Assembly: GCF_902652985.1 (NCBI RefSeq)
Contig: NC_047019.1
Span: 44,454,001 to 44,518,000, forward strand
Length of the DNA stretch: 64,000 nt
Origin: Pecten maximus
Lineage: Eukaryota
Direction of reading: 5' to 3'
The notes beneath the pieces are model-generated. The model worked only from the letters and a program-made list of their open reading frames with translations. It made no database searches and was not told where the DNA came from. Every line of letters begins with the position of its first letter. Position 1 is the stretch's first letter. Below, one piece after another: positions 1-13,386 of the stretch. Made by a program: the position numbers and the translations under genes.

Positions 1-2567
1 TGGGACTTTTGTGCTTTTAAACGAGATAAGTATCTGACATAAAGCGCCAAACTTAATTTCTAAACAAAGACAATTCTGCATGCATCTAGGTCACTAGGAC
101 AGGATGTGTCCAAGACTCGCGCATCATTTTGACATTTTCCCAATACAAATTACATCAGTAAGACTGGTTTATCCTCTGGTCATTATTTGATAGAATTACC
201 ATGTATGGACCCAGAGGTGCCCCCCTCACAAATCATGAATGGTTCGGGAGAATACAGTGTTGCTTACTTTTTCTTTGACCGAGACAAATATTCTTTAACT
301 TATCATTCCAAAACTGTAATGCAATAACCAGTGCGACTTTATATAGTAATGATTATGTAATGTAACGTTTTTATGTTATTTAATTTGTTCACGGCGTTTG
401 ATGTGTTGATGGAGAAGAACCTTAACAATTTAGGAAAATGTTAATTATCGGTCATGACTATAAATGTTATGCTTCCCCTTTTATTCACCCAACACAAAAC
501 TAACCCATCCCAACTCCCGTTATCTCGTCTGTCAATATAGCGTTCAGCATGGTCCAGAAGGACCACAACAGTAAAGAAACTAAATCAACCGCTATATAAG
601 AAGTTTAAAGGCGGTTTGGTTTGGTTGAGCATGTCCAATATTGTTGTACATGAATGACAAACTTCATTATTTACGTGAGTTTTCTGATAATCAACGATCT
701 TGCAATGGAGTACAAGGTCAAACATTCCAATAAAAACTTCTTATTTCAACTGATATAAATATTATTTGATATGAGTTAACCGTCTCCTCAACAGTGCCAT
801 GCGATCCGGATGGTGTTTAAACATTATTAAAAAGTTTAAATGAAGAGCACACCCCAATGATTGGAAAACGTTGCCTTTGTCCCCTCAATGCCCACATAAA
901 GTAAACAAACAAACAAAACATTAAAGCGTTTTTCTTAAACATATTCATGACAGATGTTTATCTTGCAAATATAAACGAGGCATATCCACTATCTCATCAT
1001 TAAGCCTATTCTGGATAATTGGATTACTGAAACATACCTTAAAAATGGGGTGCACGTGGGAAGGTTTTCTTTCGAAATCAAGTAATTTTTTTACATCTTT
1101 TCTTTCCTCTTATGCACGTGAAATAAAAACAGTATTTTAACTGAAATGAAAAACAGTATTTCAACCTTTGCATCAAGTGTTAACCAACAAATTCGACTGA
1201 CATAGCTGATGTTTTGGTCTAGGAGAATATCCCCTGAGGACCAGTTGGACTTGTTGATTTGGAGAATGTGTCAAACAAGAGACCGTTTGTACATGTGTTG
1301 GTATATGAATACTTTATAATTCCCCCAAAGGATGAAACGTAAAGTTAATAAGTAACAGATGATCGATAACGCTTATAAAAATATCCCTACAATATGCAAT
1401 AACCTTCCTGATTTCAATCTGCCCCTAGGGATGGAAAACGGAACTAGAAATTGTGATTGACATGTTTAGAGCAGCGCGCTAATTCATCTGAGATATATCA
1501 AGATACATATCCCGAAGATATCTCTACAGGGAGTTTGGAGTGAACATAGACTTCTACAAAACCGTGAAATACACGTTCATTGTTCACCGCTTGTATTTAA
1601 GTATATCTGTTCCGTTCTTGCTTTACTATCATTATTTCTATTGTGTTTAATAGCCAATAAGCTAGTCTGTAAGGTTTTTTTGTAGTAACTATGTACATGA
1701 TCTAAAAACAAAAACGCGTTTTAACGTTATTAAAAGTATGCCATTAGCAATACATAAGATAGTATACTAAAGTATATTAGTCATCGTTTTCATTGTTTTA
1801 GATATTTTCGGTTGGCTTTTGTGAATCAGATGAGCCTTGAATAGATTGTATTCATTTTCTATCAAATAATTTACAAATGTTAACCTGTTTTACACGTTTT
1901 AAATAGGTAGCAGCCACAAGGCGACTTAATTATTGATGTGTTTGAAATGCTACAGCTCTATTGAAGAATTATGGCAAATGTATAAATTGATGTCGTCTAA
2001 GCAATATTAGATATTGTACTTGTGTTTACATATTTATTTCCAATCTTATATTGATAAACAATAGAAAATATGGCCCACAGACAAAGGTAAGCTGATTATA
2101 CAACCTTACTGGCTACTACCGGTAAAGTCTCGGAAGCCGGTGTAAGCAATTTTTAGATAATATGTGTAGATCACACTTAAATGATGAAGTTTGAAAATAA
2201 AATAAGATCTGCACGCCATTTTCAATGAAAACACTTTTTTCTTGGTCTTCGTTCAGCCCTATGCCCCGTTTGGCCATGTCTGTACTGTCAAACATACACC
2301 AATCCATATTGACTGCAGTATTTGTACGTTTTTGTCCGCTACGGTGGTCGAGTCAGAGGGCGGAGTGAGGCAAGTATAAGCTTTGCTAATAAGGTTGTGC
2401 TGTTATAATGCTAGGGCAAACTCTGTTTCAAAATATGTATTTTTGTCACTTAATTATGAATCGTTTCAAAGCAGGATATATTTGCTGAACTTGTTGATAT
2501 CTTACAAATACATAGAAACAGTAAGAGTATGTCTGAAATATCAAAATTTAATCAATCAAAAAGAAGT

Positions 2568-5500
2568 GAGAAGATAAAGTAAGGAGGCGGAGAAGGGAGA
2601 AGATAAAGTAAGGAGGCGGAGAAGGGAGAAGATAAAGTAAGGAGGCGGAGAAGGGAGTAGATAAAGTAAGGAGGCGGAGAAGGGATAATTAGAGTGAGGA
2701 GACGGAGAAGGGAGAAGAAGAAGTAAGGAGGCGGAGAACGGAGAAGATAAAGTAAGCATGCGGAGAAGGGATAATTAGAGTAAGGAGACGGAGAATGGAG
2801 AAGATAAAGTGAGGAGGCAGAGAAGGGAGAATATAAAGTAAGGAGGCGGAGAAGGGAGAAGATAAAGTAAGGAGACGGAGAAGGGAGAAGATAAAGTAAG
2901 ACAAAAAAGAAGATAAGTAAGGGGGCGAGAAGAAAATAAAGTAAGGAGTGCGGAGAAGGGAGAATAAAGTTAGGAGCGGGAATGGAAATGATAAATTAGG
3001 AGGCGGAGAAGGGAGTAGATATAAGTTAGGAGCGAAAGGGAGAAGATAGTAAGGACGGAGAATGGAGAATTAAAGTAAGGAGGCGAGAAGGGAGAAGATA
3101 AAGTAAGGGGACGGAGAAGGGAAAAGATAAAGTAAGGAGGCGGAGAAGGGAGTAGATAAAGTAAGGAGGCGGAGAAGGGAGAAGATAAAGTAAGGAGGCA
3201 GAGAAGGGAGAAGATAAAGTAAGGAGACGGAGAAGGGAGAAGATAAAGTAAGGAGACGGAGAAGGGAGAAGATAAAGTAAGGAGGCGGAGAAGGGAGAAG
3301 ATAAAGTAAGGATACGGAGAAGGGAGAAGATAACGTGATGAGGCAGAGAAGGGAGAAGATAAAGTAAGGAGACGGAGAAGGGAGAAGATAAAGTAAGGAG
3401 GCAGAGAAGGGAGAAGATAAAGTAAGGAGACGGAGAAGGGAGAAGATAAAGTAAGGAGACGGAGAAGGGAGAAGATAACGTGATGAGGCAGAGAAGGAGA
3501 AGATAAAGTAAGGATGCGGAGAAGGGAGAAGATAAAGTAAGGAGACGGAGAAGGGAGAAGATAAAGTAAGGAGACGGAGAAGGGAGAAGATAAAGTAAGG
3601 AGGCGGAGAAGGGAGTAGATAAAGTAAGGAGGCGGAGAAGGGAGAAGATAAAGTTAGGAGGCGGAGAAGGGAGAAGATAAAGTAAGGAGGCAGAGAAGAG
3701 AGAAGATAAAGTAAGGAGGCGGAGAAGGGAGAAGATAAAGTTAGGAGACGGAGAAGGGAGAAGATAAAGTTAGGAGGCGGAGAAGGGAGAAGATAAAGTA
3801 AGGAGGCGGAGAAGGGAGAAGATAAAGTAAGGAGGCGGAGAATGGCAAAGATAAAGTAAGGAGACGGAGAAGGGAGAAGATAAAGTAAGGAGGCGGAGAA
3901 TGGCAAAGATAAGGTAAGGAGACGGAGAAGGGAGAAGATAAAGTAAGGAGGCGGAGAAGGGAGAAGATAAAGTAAGGAGACGGAGAAGGGAGAAGATAAA
4001 GTAAGGATGCGGAGAAGGGAGAAGATAAAGTAAGGAGACGGAGAAGGGAGAAGATAAAGTGATGAGGCAGAGAAGGGAGAAGATAAAGTAAGGAGACGGA
4101 GAAGGGAGAAGATAAAGTAAGGAGGCAGAGAAGGGAGAAGATAAAGTAAGGAGGCGGAGAAGGGAGAAGATAAAGTAAGGAGCGGAGAGAAGGGAGAAGA
4201 GAACTAAATTGAGGCGGAGAAGGAGAAGATAAAGTACGGAGGCGAGAAGGGAAAGATAAAGTAAGGAGGCGGAGAAGGGAGAAGATAAAGTAATGGAGGC
4301 GGAGAAGGGAGGAAGATAAGTAAGGAGGCGAGAGAAGAGAAGATAAATGTAAGGAGGCGGAGAAGGGAGAAGATAAAGTATGATGCAGAGAAGGGATAAT
4401 TAGAGTGAGGAGGCGGAGAAGGGAGAAGATAAGTAAGGAGGCGGAGAAGGAAGAAGATAAAGTAAGGAGGCGGAGAAGGGAGAAGATAAAGTAAGGAGGC
4501 GGAGAAGGAGAAGATAACAGTAGAGGCGATAAGTGAGAATATAAAGTAAGGATGCAGAGAAGGAGAAGATAAAGTAGGAGGCGGAGAAGGGAGAAGATAA
4601 ATTTAAGGAGGCGGAGAAGGGAAAGATAAATTTGGAGGCGGAGAAGGGAGAAGATAAAGTAAGAGGCGAAAAGGGAGAAGAAAAAGTAAGGAGGCAGAGG
4701 GAGAAGAGAAGATAAGTAAGACGGAGAGGAGAAGATAAAGTTAGTAGCGGAGAATGGGAGAAGATAAAGTAAGGAGCGAGAAGGTAGAAGATAAAGTAAG
4801 GAGCGGAGAAGGGAGAAGATAAAGTAAGGAGGCGGAGAAGGGAGAAGATAAAGTAAGGAGACGGAGAAGGGAGAAGATAAAGTTAGGAGGCAGAGAAGGG
4901 ATAATTAGAGTAAGGAGACGGAGAAGGGAGAAGATAAAGTAAGGAGGCGGAGAAGGGAGAAGATAAAGTAAGGAGGCGGAGAAGGGAGAAGATAAAGTAA
5001 GGAGGCGGAGAAGGGAGAAGATAAAGTAAGGAGGCGGAGAAGGGAGAAGATAAAGTAAGGAGGCGGAGAAGGGAGAAGATAACGTAATGAGGCGGAGAAG
5101 GGAGAAGATAACGTAAGGAGGCGGAGAATGGCAAAGATAAAGTAAGGAGGCGGAGACGGTAGTAGATAAAGTAAGGAGGCGGGGAAGGGAGAAGATAACG
5201 TGATGAGGCAGAGAAGGGAGAAGATAAAGTAAGGAGGCGGAGAAGGGAGAAGATAAAGTAAGGAGGCGGAGAAGGGAGAAGATAAAGTAAGGAGGCGGAG
5301 AAGGGAGAAGATAAAGTAAGGAGACGGAGAAGGGAGAAGATAAAGTAAGGAGGCGGAGAAGGGAGTAGATAAAGTAAGGAGGCGGAGAAGGGAGAAGATA
5401 AAGTAAGGAGACGGAGAAGGGAGAAGATAAAGTAAGGAGGCAGAGAAGGGAGAATATCAAGTAAGAAGGGGAGAAGGGAGAAGATAAAGTAAGGAGGCGG

Positions 5501-5679
5501 AGAAGGGAGAAGATAAAGTAAGGAGGCGGAGAAGGGAGAAGATAAAGTAAGGAGGCGGAGAAGGGAGAAGATAAAGTTAGGAGGCGGAGAAGGGAGAAGA
5601 TAAAGTAAGGAGGCAGAGAAGGGAGAAGATAAAGTAAGGAGGCGGAGAAGGGAGAAGATTAAGTAAGGAGGCCGAGAAG
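2568..5679. repeat. Purine-rich minisatellite, 29-bp unit, roughly 105 copies
   Basis: Unit AGATAAAGTAAGGAGGCGGAGAAGGGAGA is directly visible in tandem. Confidence 0.98.
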
Positions 5680-6519
5680 AATTATGGAGGTTAAACAATA
5701 ACTCAAGTGAGAATACTGACAGTTGGAGCTCTCATTTATCATCAACAAAGGAATCTAGGTTATTTACTTTAAGGTTTGAATGTTTACCCATCAGTAACCT
5801 ATCGAGGTTGTCAAGAATCTCCTCTCAGTTGATTGTCTTTTCTCCAAGATATAGGGAGAAGTTGCTAGTCTCAAGCGAAACGGTAGGTACAGTCGTCTTA
5901 AGCATTCTCTTTACAAGTACATTTTGATATGTTTGTAGAATATATCATAAAAAACTTTCTCGCTGTTCTTCAGTTTAACCGCTGAGTGTCTGACATATTT
6001 TGCCTTGAAACGAAGGACACAACTCACGTGGAGATGACGTAACATGAACGCAAAGAAAACATACTAATCGCCGAAGGTGTGGCTAATACATTGGTGGAAC
6101 TGTTGATGCAGCTGCACGATTTATGTAAGTTGTTTGGTGTAAATCCAACGTGAGATATGAATATTTAATCAGAATTGCTTCGTCATGTGTCCAAATATTG
6201 ATGGAAGCAGGCAAATTACTTCAAACACAGTACCTTCGAAAAACACACAACTTTACAGTCGGAGAAGACTGGATAAAATAAGTACTGAAATCATGAAGAC
6301 TGCCAAATCCGCAGTAGTTTGTACTGTTGTTTAAGACATTGCTGTTCTTGGAGTATGTGTAATGAACCTAATAAGTAGCCTTCCGTGACACAAGCATTAA
6401 AACCATGGTTCACTGTAAATGATAGTACAAAGCTATATCAGTGTGAAGTTTACACATTTCGTTTGCGATATTTACACATGTACGTCCTTTCGGAATGGTC
6501 CGCCACAGGTACAGCGATG

Positions 6520-7109
6520 TACTAAACATTGTACCTGTCTGTCCTTAGTACAGTAATGCACCAACCTCTGTACCGGTCTGTCCTGAGTTCACCGATTTAC
6601 CTAACACCTGTATCTGTCTATCCTGTATACACCGATTTACCAACACCTGTATCTGTTTGTCCTGTATACACCGAATTACCAACACATGTATCTGTCTGTC
6701 CTGTATACACCGATTTACCAACACCTGTATCTGTCTGTCCTGTATACACCAATGTGCCAATCCCTGTATCGGTCTGTCCTGTATACACCGATTTACCAAC
6801 CCTTGTATCTGCCTGTCCTGTATACACCGAATTACCAACACCTGTATATGTCTGTCCTGTATACACCGATTTACCAACACCTGTATATGTCTGTCCTGTA
6901 TACACCGATTTACCAACACCTGTATCTGTCTGTCCTGTATACACCGATTTACCAACACCTGTATCTGTCTGTCCTGTATACACCGATTTACCAACACCTG
7001 TATCTGTCTGTCCTGTATACACCGATTTACCAACACCTGTATCTGTCTGTCCTGGGTTCACCAATGTATTAATCCCTATACCTGTCTGTCAAGAGTTCAC
7101 CAATGTACC
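6520..7109. repeat. 39-bp minisatellite, left part
   Basis: Unit GTATACACCGATTTACCAACACCTGTATCTGTCTGTCCT, about 15 copies. It produces the 13-aa periodic ORFs. Confidence 0.96.
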
Positions 7110-8416
7110 TGCCACGCAAGCATGTATATTTTGATATTAGTTGTATAGTTTTTTGGTAAATATTTTATTTTTAACTGAAGCAAGGGTAAGTATCCTTAAA
7201 CGTTATGTACTGCTGGGCGGAAATGCGTCACGGGTAAGTGTGCACGAGCTGAGCTGTTTACGAGGACAGACATGGTTCCTTTGTTCTGTGTACCCGGTAT
7301 AGATTTACTGACATTTTACGTCATGAGAACCAGGCACAGACTACAGACTGTGGTAAGTGTACGTTATACTTTATTTATACTATATTTAAGTGGGTATTAT
7401 TGTATTGTACCTTTTTTATTACAAAGTCAAACAATCTAGGTATCTGTGCGCTCCAGTCAGCCGTGACCATTTTTTATCGTTGAGGCAGTAATAAGTTGTA
7501 TTTATGCTAATTTATGTTATATTTAATATATTTTGTATGTATCAGTGTTATATATTTACTATATGAATGTATTTGATTGTTGCATATGAAATTCTTCAGT
7601 ATTAATTGTGGATTTCACACAATTATAAATCTATGGAAGTTCAGTTCCACTGTCATAGTGTAAAGTATAGTGTGTTCGCGCGCGGTCGGGAAATGTATGG
7701 AAGCCTTGGAGTGTAATTTTGAGTATTGTGCTAGCCGCACATAATTATTTTGCATTTAAAAGATAATTTAGTAGTGTATTATGTAAGTATAAACTTTATT
7801 TATATTCATTAAGGGTTATTGATTATTATTCTGTACTTAGGATAAACTTCGGGAAGTATGAAAATGTGAGTGATGTGGTTTATTATGCGCATTAATTAAT
7901 TATTGTAGCTTCACATGACGGGAGTTGACACCCTGTGCAGGATGATCCCTATTTTCACCATATCAGCGTCAGGACCGACCTGGACAGTGTGTGCTCCATC
8001 TGTTCCATCAGGGTCAAGGTCAGCAAGGGTCGACTGAGGGTTTGCCCTGTGGAAAAGGTTGGCGACTGTCACGTGAGCATCATGGGCTTTCACACGTGAG
8101 GAACTGTAAACCCAAATGGTTGATGTCGTCTGTAAGACACTAGTGATGCCTCCTCGCCAGACGTATATAAGCAAGTTGTTGGCTCTTGATTGAGTATTAG
8201 GAATTTGTGAATTTTCATCATGTTGTGAGGCTACAGAGACATTTTTAGAATACTTTGTTGAGAGTGTGTGAGATAGGGAGAGTGCATGGTTGTATTGTAA
8301 ATATATACGTTATGCATATTGTTCTTCATTGTAAATATACATAATCATATTTGTGTAATCAATTTTGTCAGGCTTCATTTCCCGTAGCAACAACCGACTC
8401 TTAGTCCACGTTAACA
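7110..8416 (+). mobile_element. Solo LTR (probably Ty3/Gypsy-like), 1307 bp
   Basis: Starts TGCCACG and ends CGTTAACA (TG...CA). Flanked by direct repeat GTACC at 7105-7109 and 8417-8421. Removing it restores the repeat unit CAATGTACCAATCCC. No gag/pol ORF. Orientation and superfamily are inferred. Confidence 0.85.
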
Positions 8417-9290
8417 GTACCAATCCCTGTATCTGTCTATTCTTAGTTCACCAATGTACCAATCCCTGTATCTGGCTATTCTGAGTTCACCAATGTACCA
8501 ATCCCTGTATCTGGCTATCCTGAGTTCATCAATGAACCAACCACTGTACCGGTCTGTCCTGAGTTCACCAATGTACCAACCCCTGTACCGGTCTGTCCTG
8601 AGTTCACCAATGTACCAATCCCTGTACCTGTCTGCCCTGAGTTCACCAATGTACCAATCCCTGTATCTGTCTATCCTGAGTTCACCAATGTACCAACCCC
8701 TGTATCTAGCTATCATGAGTTCACCAATGTACCAACCCCTGTATCTGGCTATCCTGAGTTCACCAATGTACCAATCCCTGTATCTGTCTATTCTGAGTTC
8801 ACCAATGTACCAACCCCTGTATCTGTCTATTCTGAGTTCACCAATGTACCAATCCCTGTATCTGTCTATTCTGAGTTTACCAATGTACCAACCCCTGTAT
8901 CTGGCTATCCTGAGTTCACCAATGTACCAACCCCTGTATCTGGCTATCATGAGTTCACCAATGTACCAATTCCTGTATCTGGCTATCCTGAGTTCACCAA
9001 TGTACCAACCCCTGTATCTGGCTATCATGAGTTCACCAATGTACCAATCCCTGTACCTGCCTATCCGGAGTTCACCAATGTACCAATTCCTGTATCTGTC
9101 TATCCTGAGTTCACCAATGTACCAATTCCTGTACCTGCCTATCCTGAGTTCACCAATGTACCAATTCCTGTATCTGTCTATCCCTGAGTTCAAAAATGTA
9201 CCAATCCCTGTATCTGTCTGGCCTGGGTAAAAGAATGTAACAACCTCTCTACCTATCTATCCAGTACATCTAACAAATCCTGTACACCTG
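8417..9290. repeat. 39-bp minisatellite, right part (same family as 6520-7109)
   Basis: Unit GAGTTCACCAATGTACCAATCCCTGTATCTGGCTATCCT, about 21 copies, decaying at the right end. Confidence 0.96.
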
Positions 9291-11941
9291 AGCTAAGACC
9301 ACCTGGCGTAAACAAAAAATACTATAATGTGTTCACAGCCATTGTCGATGATATTGAAATTATTAAAGGTACATGTAATATTTTTGGAGGAATTAACACA
9401 AAGCTTCGTCACTATAGAACTCCTAATAAATGTGTCGTGACTGTGTGGAACTCGAGAAGGGACGCTAAGAAAGTAAAGTGGGTTAAACAAAAATCAAAAT
9501 GCAGAACGGTAAAAAGACTTACTACACAATTGTAGATATTTCGCTTCATTTGATGCTGCATCTTGAAATTGTCTTTGTCATATTTTACCGATAAGTCGGA
9601 TGAGTGACGAGAGAATAATGGTCAACCGTATATCGCTTCATAAAATAGTAATATCCATCATAGATTGTTAACGTAAGTATTACCCATCAATATGTTCCTC
9701 TTACAATGCATACATGTGTGGACACATACTGGCATTCCACATATTTGACTTCGCATTAGTGAAGTCCCAAATCACTGAGCGTTGTTATAGCTCATGTTGG
9801 CACTTATTGCTGATTACAACATTTTGTTATAGATTTCGCAAGTAACAGAATAATTATTGTATAACTAATTTTCTGATGAAGTGTATTTTGTTGTTTTTTT
9901 CAGCCGGATGGTGACGTACCCTTTGTGTTAACCCTATCTGATCAGATGCATGCATTAGTCTGTCTTTTCTCAATGATAATAATTTATGCATTAACAGTGC
10001 CTAGCGAGATTTAGGCCTGGAAAGGTGATCAACAGGGATCACTGCATTACCATATTTTGTTACCGTGCATTGTGTGCTTTTAGAGCGATCAACTGATATC
10101 CGAGTTCCAATAGCACGATGAACACAGCTGTTCTTTACCTGTCTGGTTAGCGGTGACAGTTGCTTTAGGAATCGATGGAGATCAAAGCCTATGTGATTGC
10201 TTTGTTTACAGGACGGATTAATTTTTATTTACATACTGAGAAATTAATATCAATTTAATATCAAAAAAATACATTTGTACATATCAAATAAAGGTGTCTG
10301 AAACCTAATTATAATAATATTGGATATGCATGTTTACTGTCAATATGTGCTGCAGCTTAACGTATCCCATTGTTGTAATACAAATCAAATATTTTTTATC
10401 GTAGTATGATCTGAGTAGCGGACTAAATGTTTCCAAACCAATTTAAATGTCTTTGATTATTTCAAAAGGAATGCGTTTCGACTGACACTTTCGAAGACGT
10501 TTGCTTATTGAAATGATACCCCAACGGAAGCTATAATCACAGTACAGGCCTATTGAGATTTTCAAGTAGAATGTTTATTAAAGTTTTTAATAGAATATAA
10601 TTTCACAGATTTGCTACGGGGGAGATAAAGGACTCTAACAGTTTGCAAGTTTCAATCTAGAAATAATTAATACGAGTAATATCCGCCATCTCTAAGGAAA
10701 AGATGACTTTACCATGCCCTTTCCAATATAATCTGATGTATGGTTTTTAGATTATTGAGATACACAACCTGATGAGGTGAGTGTACTTTTGTCCCGAAAG
10801 GAGCAGCTATGCAATTTGTTGTCGCAAAAACCATGGATAGGGTCTGACAAGAATTCTGAAGCTGTCTTACGATTTATTGTTTTATTGGTAATCAGTTTCC
10901 TTACTCTGCAGACAATGCACTACAATGAGGTGCTTACGAACAGATATTATACCGTGTACTAAGATGTTTCAAATGATGACTGCATGATATATAACATATT
11001 TCATATTTCTTTTAATTAATTCCTCAATAAAAAAATGTATATACGTGTAACTCCTTGTCATATTTGGCATCTACTAATTTGCATTTTTTTCATACATTTT
11101 TTTTATGGTATTACCATTCAAACGTATATTTAAATCCTCATTTTTATGTCCTTTCGGAAATATTCTACACTGTCGTCAAAACTATATATAATCTGTCCGA
11201 TACAATTACAATACATCACAATATTCTTTCCCTACAAATGTTAACCTGCCTAATATTCGTGAATGCTATAATAATCCAGGTTAGGCTTGGTGTATATTAA
11301 ATACGCAGTGATTCTGCTTACCTCCCTTACAAGAATACACAGCTCAATTATTTTGAACACAATTATACTCGGAGACTATAGTCAGAGAAGAATTGGCACA
11401 CAATCTGTCGCTTTATACTAGTAATTATTCTTATTTTGCCAAATATAGAACGCGTATATGAACTCGTGGCGTTCCTCATACTTGGGTACATGTATTATGG
11501 ATGTATAATGTACAATTGTGGACTTACCCAGTGCTGTATAATGCAGTTTATAAAAGTACAAAGTACACTGTTGCTCAAAATAGATCAAAATCCCAACATC
11601 TAATATCATTACGACGACGTACGTTAATGGAAGAAGACTCCATTCCAGTTTATGAGGTTGAGAGGAGGAGTACTGGGTCCATATGTGGTTTTATTGTCAA
11701 CAATTGTTCTAATTGAATGAACCAGAAATTCACCTGTAGCGTGCGTCCTAGAGGAGAAAGTGACAACATCTGCTTATGATTAGCATATACATATAGATCT
11801 TCTATGTTGTTTTTGTACTAAGAGTAATCATTATGTAATTGAGGCCCTTCAAACAGAGTAATTCCTAAATTCTGTGCAAGGACATTTCACATGTCTTTTA
11901 GAAGATTCCCCTTCATAAACAAACACAACATGACACGATGG

Positions 11942-12060
11942 TCGAAATGCATGTTTAACATTCAAATACCGGTAATGTTTCGAAATGCATGTTTAACATT
12001 CAAATACCGGTACTGTTTCGAAATGCATGTTTAACATAAATATATCAGTAATGTTTCAAA
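11942..12060. repeat. 38-bp tandem repeat, about 3 copies
   Basis: TCGAAATGCATGTTTAACATTCAAATACCGGTAATGTT starts at 11942, 11980 and 12018. Confidence 0.9.
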
Positions 12061-13386
12061 ATATATAAACATATATACTTTCCAGCAGGTTGTGGTAGTC
12101 AATAAATCACAGTGTACTATTGCGTTAACGCACGGAGATAGTCTTGAAGAGTTCCGAAGAATATTCAAAATTGTCAGAATCATCTTATCCGTAGTGAGGT
12201 GAACTGAACACAAAATGTACCATAGTTTCATGTTTTGAAATGCTGGTGATTTTTTGCTGGGGACCTAGGTTGAATTTCAATCCCTACTTCCGATTGTTTT
12301 TTTTTTTTTTTTTTGTATGTTTCATACGAAACGTTATTTCATACGTCCAGCTAGAAAATCTCCTTTATTGTAAGTACGGCTTCCAAATATTTTATATATT
12401 TTTGCTTGCTTGGTGCCGACTGGTTAGCACACTCCCATATTTGTTCGGGCCTGCTATACACGTATTGGCACCATTTTTATTATATCCTGCCATTATTTTA
12501 TTGCTATAAACGATCAATGTATACCAAATGATCTTTTGTAAAATCGATTGCGCTGAGCTGTGCACATCTAAAGTTTACATCCTCAAATACTTCTTATTGG
12601 ATTATGCCACCATTCTTATGCTGTGCGGAAAAGGGCAACAGTAATCAAGTGATCATAAATATCAGAAGAAGGAATTACAGACAGCGACTTCTACCTCAAG
12701 TTATCTGAGGCTTCCCTGTGATGAAGTAGGAGAATATTTGAGACAAATTGAATCTGATTTTTTTTCTGAACTAGAAATATGTAAACTTCTATCACAATTG
12801 TCGTCTAGCGTTACTTAACTGGCTTGTTGATTGGATGTGTAGATTTCTTGTGTACACTCTAGATTCCTAGTTTAATGGCAGATTAGTACGAGGAAATATT
12901 AACCAAATACGATCAAAATTGGTTTGTTTACAACAGCAAAATATAGTTTTGCGTTAACATGTATAAACTTAGCTCGGATGGATTGCAATTGACTCGAATA
13001 AAATAGGACTGGAGCTGAAAACTCACATCAAATCGGCCTTTACGTCTGAGGACACATTCGTGATGATGTGATTGATATACGTGTAAGATCAATAGATGTC
13101 TACCTGATTGTGAGTGTCCTTCAAATTCTTGATATATGTCGAAATCATTTACCAATCTTCTTCCTCAACATTCCATTATTTGATTGTTTTGTTTTATATA
13201 ATTATGTTTTCCTTTTAGATTAACATTCAGACACAGTAGTTGTATATCTTTATAGAATTCCGTGCAAATTTATACTTTACCTTGATATTGATAATAAAAC
13301 ATACACATATATATATTATTCAAATGAAATTATTATTTCATTTTTACTTATCTTTGAACAAAACTCATATTGATTCCTCCCAGGTG

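Noticed and set aside
3070-5698. Long Leu/Ser/Pro-rich ORFs
   Set aside because: By-products of the 29-bp pyrimidine-rich repeat.
5940-6480. Possible decayed LINE RT on the minus strand
   Set aside because: Only a vague resemblance. No diagnostic motif survived manual translation.
6529-9230. 13-aa periodic ORFs
   Set aside because: A 39-bp unit is open in several frames on both strands. There are no splice or domain signals, and an LTR interrupts the array.
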